Source of the DNA: an uncultured cyanobacterium
GTDB taxonomy: Bacteria > Cyanobacteriota > Cyanobacteriia > Cyanobacteriales > Nostocaceae
Assembly: GCA_963740315.1 (NCBI GenBank)
Contig: CAVUDP010000002.1
Coordinates: 896,001-960,000, forward strand
Length of the DNA stretch: 64,000 nucleotides
Direction: 5' to 3'
This document shows, piece after piece, positions 30,470-40,718 of this stretch (position 1 is the first letter of the stretch; every line of letters begins with the position of its first letter). Below the pieces are notes generated by a model. That model saw nothing but the letters and a program-made list of their open reading frames with translations, was not told where the DNA came from and searched no databases. The position numbers and the translations under genes were made by a program.

Positions 30470-30775
30470 AGAGGATGTTTGAGAAGAATCGTTTTTAGCG
30501 CAATTCTCGGATTATCCCCCCTTCCCCCCTTGAAAAAGGGGGGTTAAAGTCTAGCTGTTGACTCTGTACCTTTTTAGGTGACGTTACTTAATACATATTC
30601 TCGTTCCTAGTCTCTGGCTGGAAATGCCTTACGGGAGGCTCAGCAAAACGGTATATAAAGTTAGAAGTGCCTTCAGAGACGCATTCCCAGTCGGAGACTG
30701 GGAACGAGGAAAGATCCCCCTAAATTAAGGAGACTTTAACCCCCCTTGGCTAAGGGGGATAATCCAAGAATTGCG
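30470..30775. repeat. Composite nested inverted-repeat region (MITE-like arms around an inner element at 30600-30708)
   Basis: Outer arms GCAATTCTCGGATTATCCCCC and GGGGGATAATCCAAGAATTGC; inner arms CTCGTTCCTAGTCTCTGGCTGGAAATGC and GCATTCCCAGTCGGAGACTGGGAACGAG. Confidence 0.6.
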
Positions 30776-30798
30776 TTGAAAAAGATAATTACTAATCC

Positions 30799-31788
30799 TT
30801 ACTTAGCATCTTCAACTTTCACAATATATTTATAAGCCGGGTTGCTGCTCTGAATTTGAGGTACTTTTCCTTGAGCAGCCATTGTTTGATAAACTAAAGC
30901 CGCTGTTTCTCCCCTACTTATTAACCGATCGGGATTGAGGATATTGGTGTTGGGATAGTTTACAACAATATTCCGTGTAGTTGCTGCTGCTACTTGTGGA
31001 ACAGCATTTTCAGGAATTTTGTTAGCATCTTTGTAAGCTTCTTGAACGATAGATGCTGCTGATAATGGTGCTGTAGCTGTAGTAGTTTCTTTAGTATTTG
31101 CCGGTGTATTAGCCGCAGTTGGATTATTTCCGAGATTATTCATCGGTTGAGGCATTTTAGCAGCATTAGCTCTTTGAATAAGTAAAGGCTGCATCAAAGA
31201 AGTAATTCCGATTGGCAACATCAAACGCTTTCTTTTTCTTTGAGCGGCTCTTCTTCTAATATATGGAGGAATAATTGTCGGAGTATTTGTAGTAACGGCA
31301 GAAGTTTGTACGGGTTTTGCTTGATAACTTAAATCTAAACCTCTTGTTAAAGCATTAATTGCTTCTAATTTGGTAACTTCTTGACGGGGACGAAATAGAT
31401 TATTATCGCCGGATAAAAACCCTTCTTCTACAGATTCTTCTATTGCTTTACTCGCCCAATAACCTTGGGGAACATCTTTATATACAGAACCACTTTTAAT
31501 TTCCTTTTCTTTATTTTGGTCAAAAGCTTTACGAATTATAGCAGCGAATTCATCTCTATCTAATGCCTGTTTTGGTCTGTATCTACCGTCGGGATATCCA
31601 CTAATGATATTTCTTTCCGCTAAACCTTTGATAAACGGTTGCGCCCAGTAGTTAGGTTCTACATCGGGAAATGTTGATTGTGGAGAAGATTGAGCATTAG
31701 TTACTAATGGAATGCCTACAGCACCTACTGCCAAACCTACTGTTATTATAGATGCGCCTATAATCGGAAAATGTCGTAAGGTATTCAT
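30799..31788 (-). CDS. S-layer homology (SLH) domain protein
   Basis: FPDV...WA, GYPDG.YRP, YKDVP..YWA and NYPN...LNP...SRGE motifs; signal peptide. Confidence 0.9.
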   Translation of the reverse strand: MNTLRHFPIIGASIITVGLAVGAVGIPLVTNAQSSPQSTFPDVEPNYWAQPFIKGLAERNIISGYPDGRYRPKQALDRDEFAAIIRKAFDQNKEKEIKSGSVYKDVPQGYWASKAIEESVEEGFLSGDNNLFRPRQEVTKLEAINALTRGLDLSYQAKPVQTSAVTTNTPTIIPPYIRRRAAQRKRKRLMLPIGITSLMQPLLIQRANAAKMPQPMNNLGNNPTAANTPANTKETTTATAPLSAASIVQEAYKDANKIPENAVPQVAAATTRNIVVNYPNTNILNPDRLISRGETAALVYQTMAAQGKVPQIQSSNPAYKYIVKVEDAK

Positions 31789-32097
31789 ATATCCTCAAAT
31801 AATTATATTGCCGTATTCTAGATATTAAGTTGTTGACTCTAGATAATTTATCCATCTGGCGATATAAAATTGAGATTCTCTAGAAATAAATTACTAAGTT
31901 AAGATTTGCTCTTTTTTGTAATATTATTTATAGTTAAATAAATTTTTATTTCTTCATAAAATAACTTTAGTTTCTGATTAATATGCATCCTAACTTGATA
32001 TAAATAGATTAGGACTTACGCAAAGCCCTGCTTCCTCAAGGGGGGTTGGGAGGATCTAAGTTCTATAGATAAAAGCAGCATTAAATTAGGGTGTATA

Positions 32098-32943
32098 ATG
32101 GTTGACCACGATCGATTATTTAAAGAGTTAATTTCAACCTTTTTTATAGAATTTTTGGAATTATTTTTGCCGGATGTTTTAAAAGATATCGATCGAGATA
32201 CGATACAATTTTTATCGCAAGAAGTTTTAACAGATGTGACTTCTGGAGATAAAAAAACGGTGGATATACTTGTAAAAGTAAAGTATCGGCAGCAAGATAC
32301 CTTCTTTTTAATTCACGTTGAAGCGCAATCTTACAGTCAGGCAGAATTTGCCAAGCGGATGTTTCAGTATTTTGCGCGACTCCATGAAAAATACGATTTA
32401 CCCGTTTATCCAATTGTAATTTTCTCCTTTGACGAACCAAAACGCCCGGAGCCTTGCAATTACAGCGTTGCTTTCCCTACTTTAAATGTATTGCAATTCA
32501 ACTTTGCGGCAATTCAGTTAAATCAATTGAGTTGGAGAGATTATTTAACGCAACGAAATCCAGTTGCTGCGGCTTTGATGAGCAAGATGAATATTGCAAC
32601 TTCCGAACGTCCGCGAGTAAAAGCTGAATGTTTGAGATTACTACTTACTTTACAATTAGATCCGGCGCGGATGCAATTGATTTCTGGGTTTGTGGGTGTG
32701 TATTTAGATTTGAATGCACAAGAAGAGCGAGTTTTTGAAACTGCGATCGATAGAATGGGATTAAATGATGATGAGCAGGAGGAATATATGGAAATGTTAA
32801 CTAGTTGGGAAAAAAAAGCTGCTGAAAAAATAGCGATGAATTCGCTACGAAAAGGTATGACGGTAGAAGTAGTTGCAGAAATAACTGAGTTAACTGTGGA
32901 GCGGGTACGGGAGTTACAAACGCAATTACGAAAGGAAAATTAA
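32098..32943 (+). CDS. Rpn family recombination-promoting nuclease/putative transposase
   Basis: DHDRLFKELI, VDILVK...IHVEAQ (PD-(D/E)XK) and RMFQYFARL motifs; variable C-terminal tail. Confidence 0.85.
   Translation: MVDHDRLFKELISTFFIEFLELFLPDVLKDIDRDTIQFLSQEVLTDVTSGDKKTVDILVKVKYRQQDTFFLIHVEAQSYSQAEFAKRMFQYFARLHEKYDLPVYPIVIFSFDEPKRPEPCNYSVAFPTLNVLQFNFAAIQLNQLSWRDYLTQRNPVAAALMSKMNIATSERPRVKAECLRLLLTLQLDPARMQLISGFVGVYLDLNAQEERVFETAIDRMGLNDDEQEEYMEMLTSWEKKAAEKIAMNSLRKGMTVEVVAEITELTVERVRELQTQLRKEN
32788..32943 (+). CDS. Putative internally initiated RpnS small protein (51 aa)
   Basis: In-frame ATG preceded by AGGAGG (32777-32782) at 5-nt spacing. Confidence 0.55.
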   Translation: MEMLTSWEKKAAEKIAMNSLRKGMTVEVVAEITELTVERVRELQTQLRKEN

Positions 32944-32950
32944 CAAATAT

Positions 32951-33163
32951 ATGGAAATGTTAACTAGTTGGGAACGCGAAGGTGCCCAGAAAGAACGACG
33001 AGAAATGATTGGCGGCTTTTTGAAAGCAAAATTTGGCAATCTTGATGCTCAATTGGAGGCAATAATTCTTCAATTGATAGATTTACCAAGAGAAGAGTAT
33101 ATTATGCTAATTCTACAAATGTCGCGTGAAGAGTTAATATCACAATTCGAGAGAGAATCTTAA
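32951..33163 (+). CDS. Stand-alone Rpn C-terminal (DUF4351-like) small protein
   Basis: Starts MEMLTSWE, identical to the internal Rpn start; L..KFG.L motif; 29-nt direct repeat at 32783-32811 and 32946-32974. Confidence 0.7.
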   Translation: MEMLTSWEREGAQKERREMIGGFLKAKFGNLDAQLEAIILQLIDLPREEYIMLILQMSREELISQFERES

Positions 33164-33197
33164 TAGAGAATCGGGCATTGAAACTAAATATTAATTC

Positions 33198-33226
33198 AAT
33201 GCCCCATGCCCCATGCCCCATGCCCA
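33198..33226. repeat. Heptamer tandem repeat (ATGCCCC)
   Basis: Visible tandem copies between convergent genes. Confidence 0.75.
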
Positions 33227-33230
33227 ATTC

Positions 33231-34829
33231 CTAAGCAACCAATTGCTGAGAATTCATTTTTTCAACCCAATTAATTTTACCTTGACGCACTTCATCACAT
33301 GACGGCATTTGTTTTAAACGCATTAATTCGGTAATTGCTGCAATATCTTTATCGTGTTGAGAGCCAGCAACAGCTAAAATTTTATTATCTTTAACGTAAA
33401 AAGCCAGAAATTCTTGCTCTTCTAAATTACCTTGAATGATAATATCGTCAAAACTTTCGGCGTGTCCGGCATAACGCAACTTTACATCAAATTGTCCAGA
33501 CCAGAAAAAGGGAACGTTGTCAAATTTAACTTTCTCTCCTACCATATTACGAGCCGCAATCCTTCCGTGCTGTTGCGCTAACCGCCAATGTTCTATGCGG
33601 GTGGGTTCCCCGGTTGCAGCGTAAGGAAAACGAGCGATATCTCCAGCTACATAAAGATTATCGGCTGCTTGCAAATATTCATCTACATTTACACTATTGT
33701 CTTTTTCGTTTAACTCTACTCCCTGCAAAAATTCGGTAACGGGTTGAACTCCGATACCAACTACTACTAAATCTGCATTTAAAGTTTCGCCATTTTCTAA
33801 TATTGCAGTTTCAACTTTACCGTTACCTTCAAACTGAAGCACTTTGGTTCCCATCTGGAAAGTTACGCCATTGGATTCGTGCAGTTTCTGAAACATCGTA
33901 CCTATATCTTTTCCGAGAATTTTCTCAAAAGGTACGCTTCCCGGTGCAACTACAGTTACCTTAATACCGCGTTGAGTCAAACTTGATGCTGCTTCCATAC
34001 CGATGAAGCTAGAACCTACAACTACAGCAGTTTTGGCGTTTTCGGCAGCATCTACAATTTTATCGGCATCTTCGGGCTTTCGCAGGGTAAAAATATTATT
34101 TAAATCGGCACCCGGTACTTTTAAATTATTAGCTTTACCACCAGTTGCTACCAATAAAGCATCGTATTCTAAAGTCGTGTTATCTGCAAAAGTAATAGTC
34201 TTTTTCGCCGCTTCTACTTTCGTAACCGATTTGCGATCGCGTTTAATATCCCATTCTTTGTAAAATTCTGCGGAGCGTAATACTAAAGAATCCTTTTGTG
34301 AATCGTTTTGCAAATACTTTTTACTTAAAGCAGTGCGATCGTAAGGTAAGATATCTTCACGAGTTAACATGACAATCTTACCTACAAAACCAGCTTGACG
34401 TAGGCTTTCCGCTGCCGCACTTCCCGCAGCACCAGCCCCCAAGATCGCAAAAGTGCGGTTATCTTCTTGCAGATTAGATTTCACCATATCTGGCGTGCGT
34501 TGAGCGGGGATTTCTTCGGGCAACTCTACAATTAAATCGAGTCCCTCTACCCTGACAGAAAAACGAGGCAAAGCATCAAGCGCGGGTGGTTGTTCTAGGT
34601 TGCCACTTTTAATATTAAAACAAGCATTATGCCAAGGACAAACTACCTTTTCTCCATTCAATATACCTTTTTCTAAAGGTGCGCCGTAATGAGTACAATG
34701 TGCTGCTGTTGCAAAAAATTCATCTTCAACTCGCGCCAGTAAAATCTGCTTATCTCCCACATCAAAGGAGCGCATCTCACCTTTTTTTAAATCTGAAGCA
34801 TTTGCGATACGTACATCTTTATAATTCAT
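33231..34829 (-). CDS. Rieske [2Fe-2S] domain FAD-dependent oxidoreductase (ferredoxin reductase/AIF-like)
   Basis: CTHYG...CPWH, GAGAAG, GSSFIGME, AGDIA and RIEHW motifs. Confidence 0.9.
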   Translation of the reverse strand: MNYKDVRIANASDLKKGEMRSFDVGDKQILLARVEDEFFATAAHCTHYGAPLEKGILNGEKVVCPWHNACFNIKSGNLEQPPALDALPRFSVRVEGLDLIVELPEEIPAQRTPDMVKSNLQEDNRTFAILGAGAAGSAAAESLRQAGFVGKIVMLTREDILPYDRTALSKKYLQNDSQKDSLVLRSAEFYKEWDIKRDRKSVTKVEAAKKTITFADNTTLEYDALLVATGGKANNLKVPGADLNNIFTLRKPEDADKIVDAAENAKTAVVVGSSFIGMEAASSLTQRGIKVTVVAPGSVPFEKILGKDIGTMFQKLHESNGVTFQMGTKVLQFEGNGKVETAILENGETLNADLVVVGIGVQPVTEFLQGVELNEKDNSVNVDEYLQAADNLYVAGDIARFPYAATGEPTRIEHWRLAQQHGRIAARNMVGEKVKFDNVPFFWSGQFDVKLRYAGHAESFDDIIIQGNLEEQEFLAFYVKDNKILAVAGSQHDKDIAAITELMRLKQMPSCDEVRQGKINWVEKMNSQQLVA

Positions 34830-35225
34830 AATACCTTTTCTAATTTTCTAATCTCATATTTTTATCCGGAATTATTCGTTGTCTTTTCGAGAAGCTAAGA
34901 GAAATAGAAATAAATAGCTTCTAAATTATAGACAGTAAAATAAGACAACGAATACAACTTTCGTCGCCAATCCATCAAGTAATTACCGGATATGGATATA
35001 GTTCAATTATTAGAATAATTTTAAACTTATGATTCTCTCTAAAAGATGATTTTAGATAAATATCGAATGTATTTTCTCTTTCTATTCTCTTTCTAAAGGT
35101 ATAGTTACTATTCTCTTAAGTAAGATTTAATGTTGCAAAACCCGATTTTTATTACCGGGTTTTTTTAATTGGGCATTAAATATAAATTTATAAATTTCTT
35201 TTTTTTTAACCCGTTTTTGCTTTAC

Positions 35226-36203
35226 CTAATCGCTCGTAACTGGTGGTGATTTCTGTTCGACTTCCAAATCCGGTAAACCTTCCAACTTTTCAGCAATCCT
35301 CTCTGCTGGTAACATGGGTACAATTACGCTTAAACCACCCGGAACGCACTCTACTTCTAAAGGTGTATTGCCAATCATTTCCCCATCTAAAACAATTTTT
35401 TGCGGCGGATCTGTGGTGATTTTTACGCGCTTGGCTCGCAAATAACCGATGTCATCGCGTTTGGCTGCATCTCCCCGCAAACCCGTTTGTAGTAAGTGAT
35501 AGGAGGCTGCGATCGCGGCTCCCCAGCTATTAGATGAGATGATGGTAATATCAAGTAATCCATCGTCATAAAGAATACCTGCCGGACCCTGAGCTAATAC
35601 TGATGTTGGCGGTGCTGCATTCGCCACAGTTAAAGCACCAGCAGAAACGCGAATAATTTTGTCATCGGTTTCAATTTCAGCTTCAAATAGTTCTAATTCT
35701 CGTAGTTGCTGTATTCCGGAAACCAAGTAAGCTAAAGCACCCCAGCGTTGTTTTGCATCTCGCGAAGCATGTTCTATGGTTTCAGCTTCAAAACCGATAC
35801 CAGCCAGCAACGTCATCAATCTACCGTTGCATCTACCAATATCAATTCTCCGGGTTTTACCAGATAAAATCGTTTCGCAAGCTTGATCCAAAGTATCGGG
35901 AAGACCTAAAGCAGAAGCAAAAGCATTGGCAGTACCTCTAGGTATTATTCCTAAAGGAATACTTGTTTCCCCTAAAGCTCTAGCTGCTTCTGAAAGAGTA
36001 CCGTCACCACCAGCGGCAATCACAATTTCAAAATCTTTTTTTACAGCTTCTTGGGCTATTTTATCGGCACCAATCTCTTCTGTAGTAAATTGAATATCTA
36101 ACTCAAATTGAGGAGATAAAAGTTCTTTTATTCTCTCTAACTCTCGGTCGGGGTCGGCTGTACCAGAAACCGGGTTAAAAATTAAACAAGCTTTTCGAGT
36201 CAT
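35226..36203 (-). CDS. YegS/Rv2252/BmrU family lipid kinase
   Basis: IFNPVSG, AGGDGT, PRGTANAFA and DGE motifs. Confidence 0.9.
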   Translation of the reverse strand: MTRKACLIFNPVSGTADPDRELERIKELLSPQFELDIQFTTEEIGADKIAQEAVKKDFEIVIAAGGDGTLSEAARALGETSIPLGIIPRGTANAFASALGLPDTLDQACETILSGKTRRIDIGRCNGRLMTLLAGIGFEAETIEHASRDAKQRWGALAYLVSGIQQLRELELFEAEIETDDKIIRVSAGALTVANAAPPTSVLAQGPAGILYDDGLLDITIISSNSWGAAIAASYHLLQTGLRGDAAKRDDIGYLRAKRVKITTDPPQKIVLDGEMIGNTPLEVECVPGGLSVIVPMLPAERIAEKLEGLPDLEVEQKSPPVTSD

Positions 36204-36586
36204 AGCAAACTGTGGCGGCTTACCGAGATAGAACTTACGAATGTTATTCGATATTCAACGATTTTGAACAATATTTACCAAAAAGAAATCTAGCTGAAGG
36301 TGTAATTTTCGGTTTATTTATCGCAAAAAAACTTAAGAATAGATGTTAAAAGTTTTCGCGATCGCCAAAATACTTGCTCATATTTATCAAACTCCATCAT
36401 CCTTACGTTTCAATTATCCCTACCTCTTTCTATATAAAAAAATGTTACTCCACAATCTATCTATAGATTAAGGGTTATCGGTAAAGCTTCAACTAACATT
36501 GGTAGCAGAGAGAGAAAAGAAGATTCAGTTGAAAATCAAAACTGAATTATATAAATGCCGTCCGAAAAAGACAAGGAAGATAATTA

Positions 36587-37279
36587 ATGTTTTTCCATAA
36601 GAAAGAATTAATCGAAAAAGAAGTAAAAATTGACGCACCCGATCCGCGTTTCGCTCAACTTTTACTAGAACAGTTTGGTGGTGCAACTGGCGAACTATCC
36701 GCAGCTTTACAATACTGGGTGCAGTCTTTCCACACCGAAGACGCGGGTATTAAAGATATGCTGCAAGATATCGCCACCGAAGAGTTTAGCCACTTGGAAA
36801 TGATTGGTAAACTCATAGAAATGCATACCGATAACGTAGACCAAACCGATGCATTTAAAAGCACTTTATTCGCAGTACGCGGTAAAGGACCTCACTTCTT
36901 AGATTCTCAAGGTTCTGCTTGGACTGCAACTTACTTGAATGAAGGTGGTAGCATGGTGAGAGATTTACGCGCAAACATCGCAGCAGAAGCAGGTGCGCGT
37001 ACTACCTATGAATCTTTGATTCAATTAGCACCAGACCAAGGCACCAAACAAACTTTAGTACACTTGTTAACGCGGGAAATTTCCCACACCAAGATGTTCA
37101 TGAAAGCCTTGGATTCTATGGGTAAATTAACAGAACCATTCTTCGGTAACATCCAACCCGATTCTACCGTAGACCTTTACTACAACTTATCTAGCGACGG
37201 TGCAAAAGATGAGCGAGGTCCTTGGAACTCCGACGAAAACTTCCGCTACATCGCCGATCCAATGAAAGAGAAAGTATAA
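36587..37279 (+). CDS. katB: Manganese catalase
   Basis: EQFGG..GEL, EEFSHLE, ANIAAEAGAR and REISH motifs; closely resembles Anabaena KatB as I recall it. Confidence 0.9.
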   Translation: MFFHKKELIEKEVKIDAPDPRFAQLLLEQFGGATGELSAALQYWVQSFHTEDAGIKDMLQDIATEEFSHLEMIGKLIEMHTDNVDQTDAFKSTLFAVRGKGPHFLDSQGSAWTATYLNEGGSMVRDLRANIAAEAGARTTYESLIQLAPDQGTKQTLVHLLTREISHTKMFMKALDSMGKLTEPFFGNIQPDSTVDLYYNLSSDGAKDERGPWNSDENFRYIADPMKEKV

Positions 37280-37326
37280 ACTGTTTGACACTCGTAACAG
37301 ACTTACTACTTAAACTACAAGTAACT

Positions 37327-37360
37327 GGGGAAAGGTATATTATTGCCTTTTCCCTTTTTT
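37327..37360 (+). terminator. Probable intrinsic terminator
   Basis: GGGAAAGG...CCTTTTCCC followed by a T-run. Confidence 0.55.
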
Positions 37361-37376
37361 ATTATCAACTATAATC

Positions 37377-37865
37377 ATGAAAAAATTTGATTATTCTTTA
37401 GACTATAAAAATATCGATTTTCGCAAATCTCCCGAACTTTATATAGTAGGTAAAGGGGAACAGGGAGTATTAATGGTAGAACCGTATAAATCAGAAATAT
37501 TGCCTTATTGGCGGTTCAAAACTCCGGATATTGCTAAAGAATCAAGCCAAAAAATTTATCAATTATTTTTGGATTATCTAGAACAAGATGATTTTGTTGG
37601 TGCAGATATGGCGCGAAAGTTTTTGCAAATGGGCTATACCCGTGCGCGTCGATATGCTAATCATAAAAGTGGTAAAAAATATCGTAGCAATCCCCAAAAA
37701 GCTACCTCGGAAGAAGAAGAAAAAAAACTGCGTCAAGAAATTTTACCGAATGAAGTTGACCCCGTAAAAGCAGAATCAGCGGCGATATTTAAAGAGAAAT
37801 GGCAGCAAGCTAAAAATAACGAAAAGTATTTACAGCTTAAAGCGAAACATAACAGTGAGCAGTGA
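37377..37865 (+). CDS. DUF4385 family protein
   Basis: GKGEQGVL.VEPYKSEILP.WRFKT and DFVGADMARKFLQMGYTRARRYANH motifs. Confidence 0.85.
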   Translation: MKKFDYSLDYKNIDFRKSPELYIVGKGEQGVLMVEPYKSEILPYWRFKTPDIAKESSQKIYQLFLDYLEQDDFVGADMARKFLQMGYTRARRYANHKSGKKYRSNPQKATSEEEEKKLRQEILPNEVDPVKAESAAIFKEKWQQAKNNEKYLQLKAKHNSEQ

Positions 37866-37920
37866 GCAGTGAGCAGTGAGCAGTTAGCAGTTAGCAGTTA
37901 GCAGTTAACAGTGAGCAGTT
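37852..37920. repeat. Heptamer tandem repeat (CAGTGAG/CAGTTAG), about 10 copies
   Basis: Visible tandem array overlapping the DUF4385 stop. Confidence 0.85.
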
Positions 37921-38119
37921 AAAAATTGTGATTCCCAATTCCTAATTCCTAACTTCTTATTTATAACTTTCAATTCTAAGTCTTTAGGTAGATTAAAAAA
38001 TTCACATTTTTATCTTCGGTTGGTTTCGGTAAAGAAGAATTCAGCTTAAAATCATTATATAAATTTATACAATAACTGTTTGCTGCTCACTGATAACTGC
38101 TCACTGTTAACTGATAAAA

Positions 38120-39673
38120 ATGAATTCTTATACTAAAACCATTCTTCGCGATATCGGTTTGTTTCTTCATGTACCGGGAATAATGGCTTTTTTATCGATA
38201 CCTATTTCTCTGCTGTGGGGTGAATATTACGCAATTTTACCTTTTATAATCTGTGGGATTGCACCTTTAATAATAGGACAATTGCTATTTCGTTTATTTT
38301 CTCCTGGTGCTGAAGAAAGTAAAATTCGCCATGCAATGATTACTGTGGCTTTATGTTGGTTAATTGTACCTATTATTGGGGCAATTCCATTATTAACGAT
38401 CGCCTCAAATTTGGCAGCTTTTCCAGAAACACCCCAAACTATTCTGAATTTTCAAAATCCTTGGAATGCTTTATTTGAATCTTTTTCTGGGTTTACCAGT
38501 ACCGGGTTATCGGTTGCACTCCGAGCTAGTCAATTACCTCATAGTTTGCAATGGTGGCGAAGTTTTATGGAATGGGTTGGTGGTGTAGGTGTGATTGTCT
38601 TAGTTATATCGCTTTTAGAACCTACTACCGATGCTTATCAACTTTATTCCAGTGAAGGAAGAGATAAAAGAATAGCTTCTAACGTACAAGCGACAGCAAG
38701 AAGAATCTGGTGGATTTATTTAATATATACAATCGGTAGTATTTTTATATTTAGAATTGCGGGAATGCCTTGGTGGGAAGCTTTAAACCACGGTATGGCG
38801 GGAATGTCTACTGGAGGTTTTAGCGTTCGCGATGATAGTATTGGCTCTTATTCTCCGATAATTCAAATGGCTGTTATTCCGACAATGATTATCGGGGCTG
38901 TTAGCTTTCCAGTTCACTATCGGCTATTAACCAAAGGACGTTTATCTGCATTATGGAGCGATAATCAACATCAAGCTTTATGGCTTTTATTAGCTAGCGG
39001 AATTGGCTTTTTAGGTTTGATAAATTACAGTTTTTTCGGTTCTCCTTTGTGGCTGCACACAGTCTTTCAATGGGCTTCTGCTCTAGGTACTTGCGGGTTT
39101 AATACTATTGATTTATACGATTGGAGCGATCGCGCTAAACTATTACTAACTTTAGCAATGATTATCGGCGGTACTGCTGGTTCTACCGTTGGTGGATTTA
39201 AGTTAAATAGATTGGTATTTTTGTGTAAAGGAGCAGTTTGGAGACTCCGTAGAATTTCACTGAAATCTCATGAATCAATGAACTATAAACTTGACGGTGA
39301 AGTTGTGAACGAAACAGAAGCCTCTCGTCGGATAGAAGCAGCAGCAATTTTAGGCTTTCTATGGATAGTAATATTAATTATTGGGGTATTTGTTTTATTA
39401 CAGCTAAATTTACCAGACTATAGTTTGAGTGATGTTTTATTTGAAGCTGCTTCGGCTTTAGGAAGTGTAGGTTTATCAGTCGGTATAACTAGTCCCGAAC
39501 TTCCTTGGTTAGGAAAACTAACTTTGATTATATTTATGTGGATGGGAAGATTAGAAATCATCCCAGTTTTAATTCTTTTTACTGAAGTTGGGAAAAAGAT
39601 GATAAGAAGTAATAAGGTCTGCATGTTAAAGGTCAAAGGTCTGCATGTTAAAGGTCTGCATGTTAATAAATAA
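38120..39673 (+). CDS. trkH: TrkH family potassium uptake membrane protein
   Basis: FESFSGFTSTG, STGGF, GGTAGST.GG.K, SALGSVGLS and MWMGRLE motifs. Confidence 0.9.
   Translation: MNSYTKTILRDIGLFLHVPGIMAFLSIPISLLWGEYYAILPFIICGIAPLIIGQLLFRLFSPGAEESKIRHAMITVALCWLIVPIIGAIPLLTIASNLAAFPETPQTILNFQNPWNALFESFSGFTSTGLSVALRASQLPHSLQWWRSFMEWVGGVGVIVLVISLLEPTTDAYQLYSSEGRDKRIASNVQATARRIWWIYLIYTIGSIFIFRIAGMPWWEALNHGMAGMSTGGFSVRDDSIGSYSPIIQMAVIPTMIIGAVSFPVHYRLLTKGRLSALWSDNQHQALWLLLASGIGFLGLINYSFFGSPLWLHTVFQWASALGTCGFNTIDLYDWSDRAKLLLTLAMIIGGTAGSTVGGFKLNRLVFLCKGAVWRLRRISLKSHESMNYKLDGEVVNETEASRRIEAAAILGFLWIVILIIGVFVLLQLNLPDYSLSDVLFEAASALGSVGLSVGITSPELPWLGKLTLIIFMWMGRLEIIPVLILFTEVGKKMIRSNKVCMLKVKGLHVKGLHVNK
39613..39666. 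repeat. AAGGTCTGCATGTTA repeat family inside the trkH 3' end
   Basis: Three copies; also at 47806-47879 (reverse), 48777-48806 and 51296-51320. Confidence 0.8.
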
Positions 39674-39896
39674 CTACTAACTAAATATCATTGCCGAAAT
39701 CAAGAAAAATCTATCTTTGGAATGAATTGTTATCTCTATAATTATCTACAAAGATACTTGTAAAATCTGTTGGAATTCTTTAAGTTATGATTATTAAATA
39801 GTTTCATACGTAGATAAGGTAATCTTATTCATTAATAAAAAATAATAGATAAATAAATCAAGCAAATAATTATTATGTAGCAAAAAGGAATTTATT

Positions 39897-40406
39897 ATGA
39901 GCTTTCAAAAAATCCTTGTAGCTTTGGAATTTTCACCCAGAGATGAAGCTGTGTTTTCCGAAGCCGTAAATTTAGCTCAATATATAGGAGCGCAATTAAC
40001 CCTAATTCATTGTTTGTCGGATTTGACCGAAATGGCAATGATGTCTCAAACAAGTCTGGGTAGCGGGTATGGTTTGTCTGGAAGTATTGCTGGAAATACT
40101 ATGTCCCCAGCAATGGCGAACATGGATTTAATTGAGTCAGCCAATGTTAGCAAGCACGAACAAGCTCAAAAACATTTGGCGCTGTATCAACAAGAAGCTT
40201 CTGCACGAGGTATTTCGGTTCAATCCAAATGTTATGAAGGAACTGGCAGCGTAGGTTCTCAAATTTGCCAAATTGCCCAAGATTTGAATGTAGACTTGAT
40301 AATTTTGGGTCGTAAAGGACATAACGGTATTGCCGAAGCATTTTTAGGTAGTGTCAGCAACCATGTAATGCATCATGCTCCTTGCGCTATCCTGGTGATT
40401 CAATAA
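39897..40406 (+). CDS. Universal stress protein (UspA family)
   Basis: FQKILVA and DLIILGRKG...FLGSVSNHVMHHAPC motifs. Confidence 0.9.
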   Translation: MSFQKILVALEFSPRDEAVFSEAVNLAQYIGAQLTLIHCLSDLTEMAMMSQTSLGSGYGLSGSIAGNTMSPAMANMDLIESANVSKHEQAQKHLALYQQEASARGISVQSKCYEGTGSVGSQICQIAQDLNVDLIILGRKGHNGIAEAFLGSVSNHVMHHAPCAILVIQ

Positions 40407-40718
40407 GTATAGTAAATTCAGATTAGTTTATGACAATCTACATCTAGAGAGTTAGTCGATCGCTTTTTAATATCTGTCACTTGAATGCTGTTTTCAGCTT
40501 TTGTAACCTTTATTCTATTAGTTAATACCAAATACGGGCTGCAAAGGAATTGAATATCACTGCTTTTGATAACTTGAATTATTTTGAAATGTTTAGCTTA
40601 CCTAGCAGTTTGCTGCATGCGGAAATAAAATCAAATATCAAAGATAAGATAGGCAGCAGTTATATGCATTAAGTCCTGATAGCTTATCGATGGCGGTCTA
40701 ATTTAGCTGGAGAACAGA

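Noticed and set aside
32098..32943. Rpn gene as an IS transposase
   Set aside because: No terminal inverted repeats or target duplication seen; the family is better described as nuclease/toxin.
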